Below are positions 11,313 to 19,535 of a DNA stretch of 19,535 nucleotides, in pieces. The DNA is taken from assembly GCA_030141605.1 (NCBI GenBank), contig JAQGDQ010001950.1, forward strand, positions 1 to 19,535, in the 5' to 3' direction. Both the position numbers and the translations under genes were made by a program. A model generated the notes under the pieces. The model did no database searches. It worked only from the letters and a program-made list of their open reading frames with translations, and had not been told where the DNA came from. The stretch comes from Tubiluchus corallicola. Its lineage: Eukaryota > Animalia > Priapulida. Numbering within the stretch: position 1 is the stretch's first letter; each line of letters begins with the position of its first letter.

Positions 11313-11836
11313 TATACGTGATATGTAAATGTATGGTAAATAAAGACAACATCAATTTATTTGTTTTAAGCAAGAAATAGATATTTGATGTGATAATGCA
11401 CTTTTCCCTTCATTTAATTGAAACATTGATTATCTATATTTAATGACGCATTGCACGGGGATATTACAGTACCGGCTTGATCGCCTGTCCAAGTCAAATT
11501 GTCAGACGTATAACTCAGGACAATTATCGGTGTTATGTACAGAAAGCCTTCACTATTTCATTCATGTTCCAAAGTCGTTTATTCTAAAGAGAATAATAAA
11601 GAGAACAATAACAAGTAAGAAAAATGAATAGAATGATAAACAGAAGCTTAATAATTACGAAGAAGTCAACTTATTGGCAAAGTACTTTCTCAAATTTCAG
11701 AGATTGAATTCATAACTTAATTTAATTATTTAAATTCATGTAACTTACATCGTTGGCTCTTCGTCAAGATTTAAAATTTCTCAAGGTACAAATTTGGTTA
11801 TAACTAAACCCTGTTATTAACTATAACACAAAAACG

Positions 11837-12166
11837 ATAAAAAACATTGCTGTGAATAAGAACGCCACCAACATTGTTCTCCTCCTGTCCTTTCCTCCCC
11901 ACACTGCTCGTAGAGGGCAGCACCTTCCAATAAATAAGTGTAAACATGATAAAAAAACATTGCTGTGAATAAGAACGCAACCACCATTGTTCTCCTCCTA
12001 TCCTTCTCTCTCCACACTGCTCGTAGAGGGCAGCACCTTCCAATAAATGAGTGTAAAAATGATAAAAAACATTGCTGTAAATAAAAACGCGACCATCATT
12101 GTTCTCCTCCTGTCCTTTCCTCCCCACATGGCTCGTAGAGGGCAGCACCTTCCAATAAATAAGTGT
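11837..12166 (+). repeat. Three tandem ~113-bp units ending ~38 nt before the exon D acceptor
   Basis: CATTGCTGT recurs at 11845, 11958 and 12070. Confidence 0.9.
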
Positions 12167-12203
12167 CACTATGCATACTGCAGTTACAATCGGTCAATTT
12201 CAG

Positions 12204-12364
12204 GACATAGTGGACAGATTTTACTATCAGAAGAACACCAACAGGCATCTGGAGGAGCTCAGAGAACAAGCGCTAGGGCAGATATCCAACCTACAGCTGA
12301 AAAAGCAGAAAAAGGAGAAGAAATGCGAAGAACTAAAATTCGCGACGGAAGAAAAGGTTACCAG
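12204..12364 (+). CDS. CCDC151: Internal exon D of CCDC151/ODAD3-like gene (DIVDRFYYQKNTNRHLEELREQ...CEELKFATEEKVT)
   Basis: tttcag acceptor and ag|gtaaag donor; 161 nt, phase 0 to 2. Shows the 'V.RF..Q..T...LE.L ... E.LKY/F' pattern of CCDC151. Confidence 0.85.
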
Positions 12365-12568
12365 GTAAAGGCAACGTAACTATGATAATGGTACATTTAT
12401 TTTTGACCACCCTGTACATCTTGATGGGACTCGTCCATACAAGCCATTCCGTATCAGCATTACATGGCAGGCATAAGTAACTGCTATGGATTAGCCTCAT
12501 TGTTCAGGGGGGGGGGGGGCAGACGGCCATCTAAGCACCTGTTCCACTATTATGATCAGCATGAGGAA

Positions 12569-13502
12569 CAGGGGCGTATCACGAATTTACGGCACCCTGT
12601 GGTGATAGCTCTATCCCGCTTATCTCTATTGTGAATTTATGTTTGTTTATGTAATGAGCACGTTCAACAATTACTTGTGGTGTATTAGAAACACTATTTA
12701 CGCTAACACTAGTTTCTACATGGTCATTATTAATTACATGTATTTGTATAGCTCTTATATGCAAGCAATCTATGCAACAGCTTCTTGTGTAATACCTTGC
12801 ACCTGTTCGTTATGGTGCAGTTCTATAAGAGTTGTACTCAATAACTGCCTGTGGTGTGCTATAAAATGCACCCTTTACATAAATATACGCATTTTCCAGG
12901 GAGAATAAGTATTTTTTCTAAATTGTGACGCCCTCAAACTTTGGCGCCCTGCGTCGTGATGCTAAAGTTGTCGCTGGGGTGTTTTGGGGAGAGGTAACAA
13001 CCGACATTGGCAGATTTATCAGACTGTTTTTGTAGTTGCGATGTTTGTGTTAAACAGACGAAATCACTGGATGAAAACATGGTTTAACTTTGCGATCTGT
13101 ATTTCACTCAAAATCATAGTCTCTGAGTCAATCCACATGTAAACGAAAATAGTAAACATAATCAACAGTAGTAAACAAAAGTTAAAGTAAATCCATCTGC
13201 CAATATATCATGGCACATGAGTCAAAACGTTATTATAACCACACCACTGCTTAAGCCTATTGCTTGTCCTCTAATCTTGTTACCAAGTGTGAAAAACTAC
13301 TACATTCACATAGAAGCCAAGTAACCCAGTTCCTTACAAACATATACAAGTAGCAAGTACATACATATATTGGAAACTTCCAAGTGTACAAACAGATGTC
13401 AGCACTGACTTAGTGGTAGTGAAAAACTAAAGTTTAAAACTGCAAATCAAAATTATTAAGAAACTGTAAATTAAATGCTCGCATCTGCGACACCCTAGGC
13501 TA
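12569..13502. mobile_element. Second copy of the old hAT-like repeat (CAGGGGCG start), with extra internal sequence ~12952-13490
   Basis: Homology to 6943-7843. The opposite terminus (CAGGGCGC) survives only in the inverted copy at 17772 and is deleted at 13502. Confidence 0.45.
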
Positions 13503-13650
13503 GAAAAGATTCTGGCTTACTCTCACTTTAATCTTCTGCTTAACTTTTCATATTTCTGAGTTTAACTTTTTACATTTCTGAGTCAATTTCTGAGTACTTA
13601 TGTGCAACATGATTTGAATAATCCATATATGAGTCCTAGTCCTAGACCTC

Positions 13651-14196
13651 GACTACGGTCAAATCACGTGAAAACACCGGTTTTCGTCTGATCACTGAAG
13701 TTAAGCAACGTAGAGCCTGGTTAGCACTTGGATGGGTGAGTACCAGGTGCTGTAGGCTTGCCGGATGCCCACACTGTATCTCTACACTAGGCGGAGGAGC
13801 TGCACAAGTAGCCAATGGCTAGAGGGCGGAGGAGGTCAAGTGACCCAACGGCCATGTGTAGAGGAGTAAACCTGCAAAATCAGGAGTGGAGCCCCGAAGG
13901 CAGACCAGTCCAGCATGCTCACTGACTCCGGCAGCTCCTGCAGCCAACCTGGTGCCAAACGTGTGGCTCTGCTTTCCTTTGAACTACACCAGGGAGGAAG
14001 AGAGGGGGTTCCTGTTGTCTGGGCAACTTCAGGATCTCCATACACCTTGCCCAGGCGTGTGCCATGGAGAGGTCGCTCCAGTGGTTCAAGGATCGGATTG
14101 CTCAGCCACAGTCGACGCTGCAGCTCCATCAATGTGATCAATAACTGACTCTCTTTACGCACACTCCATTGTCTTCCGAGACAGAAGGATGCCAAC
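13651..14196 (+). mobile_element. 5S rRNA-derived SINE (SINE3-type), full length
   Basis: 13651-13759 matches metazoan 5S rRNA (GACTACGG...GAAGTTAAGCAACGT...TGGATGGGTGA...GGTGCTGTAGGCTT, with a ~10-nt deletion), followed by a ~440-bp body ending GAAGGATGCCAAC. AGACCT flanks at 13644-13649 and 14198-14203. Confidence 0.82.
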
Positions 14197-14607
14197 CAGA
14201 CCTGGCTGCCTTTGCATACAATGTAATTTGGACTGTTTGTTAGTTGGTTTGCCTTTTCTTCGTCAGTCTGCCGAACAGTCAATTATGCATGAGCTTAATG
14301 TTTTAGATTAGATTAGACGTATTTTATTGATCCCAGAGGAAATTTGCTTTAGCTTTACTGTAAAATTCCGCACTATCCAGTGGCGGCCATTTGCACGTGT
14401 CTGAGCCCAGTTAGAAAAAGTACTGTCGCTCACACAGTTTGTTGTCAGTTGTCACGTGCTTACCGTGAATGGATCACGCCTAAACTGCGACAATTTAGGC
14501 TATTAGTAAGCAAAAAATAATTTTTGTTTAGAATTTTATCAAATTTATGTATACACTTTCATATGCTTGTTTATCTAAAATTACAATTACAAAACTAAAA
14601 TTACATA

Positions 14608-14826
14608 CAGTCAACCTCGGGTATATAAAAATAAAGTAATATAAATAGAAATAAACTCAAATAAACATGCATACATACATATACATACACATATACATAT
14701 AGATACATATAAAGTTTATATTTATCTGTATGTATATTATAAACCCTATGTGTGGGAGCAGGAGTGCAGAAAATATTAAGTAATATAAATATACATATAC
14801 ATATTCATATACACATACGTATACGT

Positions 14827-14922
<96 letters not shown>

Positions 14923-15340
14923 ATATACATATACATTTGCATTTATTTTTATTTTTATTTTTAAATCTTCGTATAAAAGGTACTGCGATATAAGGGACTT
15001 TCGGTTATAAGAGACGACCTCGCGTAATAGAAACCCGGGTAAATTACCTCGCATGTAAGGGACCGTATGATCAAATTTTTTACATCCTAAAAAGCCTATG
15101 CCGAGACCCCGAACGGGCCCGACTTTGAATAAACATCGATTTTTGTGTTTTGTTCAAGACGACTGGATGTGTGTACATTAAATCGGTATATTACACACAT
15201 CGCGACAAACGGTTCATTGGGCATTCGGTATTTAGAGCTCACAGGTTTATACAAGAGCCCACCCTTGGTCTGACTCAACTTCAGCTACAAGAGATGATTT
15301 TTTCCGGTCTGCAGGTGTCCCTTATGTCCAAAGTTGACTG
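14608..15340. mobile_element. Degenerate Tc1/mariner-type MITE containing a microsatellite-rich interior
   Basis: TA|CAGTCAACCTCGG ... CCAAAGTTGACTG|TA; internal TATAAGGGAC motifs match the right TIR. Split into two pieces in the inverted copy (ends at 16644 and 19034). Confidence 0.6.
14829..14915. repeat. (AC)n microsatellite
   Basis: Seen directly. Confidence 0.98.
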
Positions 15341-16172
15341 TATGTTCGTTTTGTTTGATACAGTATTAATTTTAGTAATTTTTCTCCATAAATTTACATT
15401 AATTTGACAATAAAATATACAAAAATACAAACGAACATAGGAGAAAGGGTGGCGAAAAACCAAAGGTTGTCGAGTCAATCACCCTTCTCAGAAAGACAGT
15501 AAACAAAAAGACGCTAATGACAGCAGAACACAACTATTAAGAAATACATAAACGTCCATAAATACAAAAAACAAAAATACAACAACAGCGAAAAACAAAA
15601 ACCAAAAACCAATCGTTCCATAGAAGGTGAGTTTGCACCTTATAAAAAAATTGTTTTTCATTAAAAATTACCACAAGAATGTACGTCTAATAGACAAAAA
15701 ATTGATTTATACGTAAGATTAAAGAAGTGCCTTATTGTACTGTTTATTTAGCGAATGCAGAGGTAAAGAAGTTATATGAGCAGATAGGGAGTTCCATAAT
15801 ACTAATCCCTGATATTTTAACGACCTTTGACCCTTAGATGTATTAAATCGTTCGACGAAGAAAGAACTGCTAGTAGAAAACCTAGTGTTGTAACTGTGAA
15901 TGTCAGATGCTGGTATTTAGTACTTTAGAAACAATTCTGGTAGTAAGTTATTCTTAAATTTGTATACAAATTTTGCAAGCTCGAGTTTGTAGATATTATT
16001 TAGTTTTAAGAGGCCCAATTTATCATAAGATGGTGTTGCATGTTCCCATCTATTAAAACAATAATTAAAAATTTTCTGATGCTGCCCCCCCACTAATTTT
16101 AGCTACGAGCCGCCAATGACAGGCACTTTCTAGAATTGAGACTTTGCGGTAGTAACTTTTCAATGTTTTTAG

Positions 16173-16329
16173 TGGAGAAAAAATGATCGAAGAGCTACAA
16201 GGAAAGCTGACAGAAGCAAAACAGCAGTGTGAACTCAGGAGTCAGGATGTAGAACGGCTCAACAAACTCACGGTTTCCATGAAAGCTGGCGTAGAACACA
16301 TTGTTGACAAGCTTGCCATATTTGAACAG
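16173..16329 (+). CDS. CCDC151: Internal exon E of CCDC151/ODAD3-like gene (SGEKMIEELQGKL...MKAGVEHIVDKLAIFEQ)
   Basis: ttttag acceptor and ag|gtgtgt donor; 157 nt, phase 2 to 0 (AG+T=Ser). 'K.GVEHL.DKL'-like motif. Confidence 0.85.
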
Positions 16330-16334
16330 GTGTG

Positions 16335-16338
<4 letters not shown>

Positions 16339-16410
<72 letters not shown>
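16339..16410. repeat. (GT)n microsatellite 10 nt into the intron after exon E
   Basis: Seen directly. Confidence 0.98.
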
Positions 16411-16413
<3 letters not shown>

Positions 16414-17055
16414 GTGTATACGTACACGTATACGTATATGTATATGAATATGTATATGTATATTTATATTACTTAATATTTTCTGCACTCCTGCTCCCAC
16501 ACATAGGGCTTATAATATACATACAGATAAATCTAAACTTTATATGCATCTATATGTATATGTGTATGTATATGTATGTATGCATGTTTATTTGAGTTTA
16601 TTTCTATTTATATTACATTATTTTTATATACCCGAGGTTGACTGTATGTAATTTTAGTTTTGTAATTGTAATTTTAGATAAACAAGCATATGAAAGTGTA
16701 TATATAAATTTGATAAAATTCTAAACAAAAAACAATTTTTGCTTATTAATAGCCCAAATTGTCGCAGTTTAGGCATGATCCATTCACGGTAAGCACGTGA
16801 CAACTGACAACAAACTGTGTGAGCGACAGTACTTTTTCTAACTGGGCTCAGACACGTGCAAATGGCCGCCACTGGATAGCGCGGAATTTTACAGTAAAGC
16901 TAAAGCAAATTTTCTCCGGGATCAATAAAATTCGTCTAATCTAATCTAAAACATTAAGCTCATGCATAATTGACTGTTCGGCAGACTGACGAAGAACAGG
17001 CAAACCAACTAACAAACAGTCCAAATTACATTGTATGCAAAGGCAGCCAGGTCTG

Positions 17056-17603
17056 GTTGGCATCCTTCTGTCTCGGAAGACAATGGAGTGTGCGTAAAGA
17101 GAGTCAGTTATTGATCACATTGATGGAGCTGCAGCGTCGACTGTGGCTGAGCAATCCGATCCTTGAACCACTGGAGCGACCTCTCCATGGCACACGCCTG
17201 GGCAAGGTGTATGGAGATCCTGAAGTTGCCCAGACAACAGGAACCCCCTCTCTTCCTCCCTGGTGTAGTTCAAAGGAAAGCAGAGCCACACGTTTGGCAC
17301 CAGGTTGGCTGCAGGAGCTGCCGGAGTCAGTGAGCATGCTGGACTGGTCTGCCTTCGGGGCTCCACTCCTGATTTTGAAGGTTTACTCCTCTACACATGG
17401 CCGTTGGGTCACTTGACCTCCTCCGCCCTCTAGCCATTGGCTACTTGTGCAGCTCCTCCGCCTAGTGTAGAGATACAGTGTGGGCATCCGGCAAGCCTAC
17501 AGCACCCTGGTACTCACCCATCTAAGTGCTAACCAGGCTCTATGTTGCTTAACTTCAGCGATCAGACGAAAACCGGTGTTTTCAACGTGATTTGGCCGTA
17601 GTC
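17056..17603 (-). mobile_element. 5S-derived SINE, copy carried in the inverted duplication
   Basis: Reverse complement of 13651-14196 with the same flanks. Confidence 0.82.
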
Positions 17604-19440
17604 GAGGTCTAGGACTAGGACTCATATATGGATTATTCAAATCATGTTGCACATAAGTGCTGTAGTTGCGAAATTGACTCAGACATGTGAAAAGTTAAAC
17701 TCACAAATATGAAAAGTTAAGCAGAAGATTAAAGTGAGAGTAAACCAGAATCTTTTCCCGCATTTCTCACCAGGGCGCATTAACCAATACGCTAACTAGG
17801 CATAGCCTAGGGTGTTGCACATGCGAGCATTTAATTTACAGTTTCTTAATAATTTTGATTTGCAGTTTTAAACTTTAGTTTTTCACTACCACTAAGTCAG
17901 TGCTGACATCTGTTTGTACACTTGGAAGTTTCCAATATATGTATGTACTTGCTACTGCTATGTGTTTGTATAGAACTGGGTCACTTGGCTTCTCTGTGAA
18001 TGTAGTAGTTTTTCACACTTGGTAGCAAGATTAGAGGACAAGCAATAGGCTTAAACAGTTGTGTGGTTATAATAACGTTTTGACTCAGGTGCCATGATAT
18101 ATTGGCTGATGGATTTACTTTAACTTTTGTTTACTACTGTTGATTATGTTTACTATTTTCGTTTACATGTGGACTGACTATGAGACTATGATTTTGAAGT
18201 AAAATACAGATTGCAAAGTTAAACCACTTTTTCATCCAGTGATTTCATCTGTTTAACACGAACATTGCAACTACAAAAACAGTCTGATAAACCTGCCAAT
18301 GTCGGTTGTTGGATCTCCCCAAAACACCCCAGCGAAAACTTTAGCTCCACGACACAGGGCGCCAAAGTTTGAGGGCGTCACAATTTAGAAAAAATTCTTA
18401 TTCTCCCTGGAAAATGCATATATTTATGTAAAGGGTGCATTTTATAGCACACCACAGGCAGTTATTGAGTACAACTCTTATAGAACTGCAGCATAACGAA
18501 CAGGTGCAAGGTATTACACAACAAGCTGGATACATCTAAGGGTCAAAGGTCGTTAAAATATCAGGGATTAGTATTATGGAACTCCCTATCTGCTCATATA
18601 ACTTCTTTACCTCTGCATTCGCTAAATAAACAGTACACTAAGGCACTTCTTCAATCTTACGTATAAATCAATTTTTTGTCTATTAGACGTACATTCTTGT
18701 GGTAATTTTTAATGAAAAACAATTTTTTTATAAGGTGCAAACTCACCTTCTATGGAACGATTGGTTTTTGGTTTTTGTTTTTCGCTGTTGTTGTATTTTT
18801 GTTTTTTGTATTTATGGACGTTTATGTATTTCTTAATAGTTGTGTTCTGCTGTCATTAGCGTCTTTTTGTTTACTTGTCTTTCTGAGAAGGGTGGTTGAC
18901 TCGATAACCTTTGGTTTTTCTCCACCGTTTCTCCTATGTTCGTTTGTATTTTTGTATATTTTATTGTCAAATTAATGTAAATTTATGGAGAAAAATTACT
19001 AAAATTAATACTGTATCAAACAAAACGAACATACAGTCAACTTTGGACATAAGGGACACCTGCAGACCGGAAAAAATCATCTCTTGTAGCTGAAGTTGAG
19101 TCAGACCAAGGGTGGGCTCTTGTATAAACCTGTGAGCTCTAAATACCGAATGCCCAATGAACCGTTTGTCGCGATGTGTGTAATATACCAATTGAATGCA
19201 AACACATCCAATTGTCTTGAACTGAACACAAAAATCGATGTTTATTCAAAGTCGGGCCCGCTCGGGGTCTCGGCATAGGCTTTTTAGGATGTAAAAAATA
19301 TTTGATCATAGGGTCCCTTACATGCGAGGTAATTTACCCGGGTTTCTATTACGCGAGGTCGTCCCCTATAACCGAAAGTCCCTTATATCGCAGTACCTTT
19401 TATACGAAGATTTAAAAATAAAAATAAAAATAAATGCAAA

Positions 19441-19446
19441 TGTATA

Positions 19447-19531
<85 letters not shown>

Positions 19532-19535
19532 GTGT
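19441..19535. repeat. (TGTATG)n microsatellite, runs off the window
   Basis: Seen directly. Confidence 0.98.

Larger units (their letters stand above)
12778..19535. repeat. Inverted, permuted duplication: 12778-14915 pairs with 16339-18528; 14915-15843 pairs with 18530-~19455
   Basis: Direct reverse-complement comparison. Mirrored ORF pairs 13836(-)/16970(+), 14657(-)/16332(+), 15096(-)/19096(+), 15150(+)/18967(-). Confidence 0.95.

Noticed and set aside
13651-13759. Functional 5S rRNA gene
   Set aside because: Internal deletion after the GGATGGGTGA box, no T-run terminator, fused to a repeat body and flanked by TSDs.
13760-13900. Self-cleaving ribozyme in the SINE body
   Set aside because: Small stems exist (CTCTACAC/GTGTAGAG, TAGCCA/TGGCTA), but the changes in the 7030-7535 copy are not compensatory and I could not build a hammerhead or HDV core by eye.
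13836-14282. 148-aa ORF conserved in two copies (also 16970-17416)
   Set aside because: Antisense to the SINE; the conservation reflects recent duplication, and the independent copy at 7030-7535 does not keep it.

Overview
AT-rich animal (probably invertebrate) genomic DNA. It holds five phase-compatible internal exons (5150-5271, 7922-8045, 9227-9373, 12204-12364, 16173-16329, + strand) of a coiled-coil gene that I recognise as CCDC151/ODAD3 (outer dynein arm docking complex). The introns are filled with MITEs, an RTE LINE fragment, three copies of a 5S rRNA-derived SINE, and mini- and microsatellites. Four architectural features stand out. (1) Two consecutive splice donors have each been amplified into a minisatellite (44-bp and 35-bp units that span the exon/intron junction). 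(2) Positions 1-1708 are a direct duplicate of 9037-10745, joined by a 5-bp microhomology to an inverted copy of 4096-5564 that carries a complete antisense exon, as in a DUP-TRP/INV-DUP rearrangement. (3) A 3.07-kb intron segment (12778-15843) is re-inserted downstream of the next exon, inverted and circularly permuted, opened at an (AC)n/(GT)n microsatellite, as expected from a circular DNA intermediate. (4) The pre-mRNA could therefore form kilobase-scale, partly mutually exclusive duplexes around two exons. All alignments were done by eye, and assembly artefacts cannot be excluded without reads.
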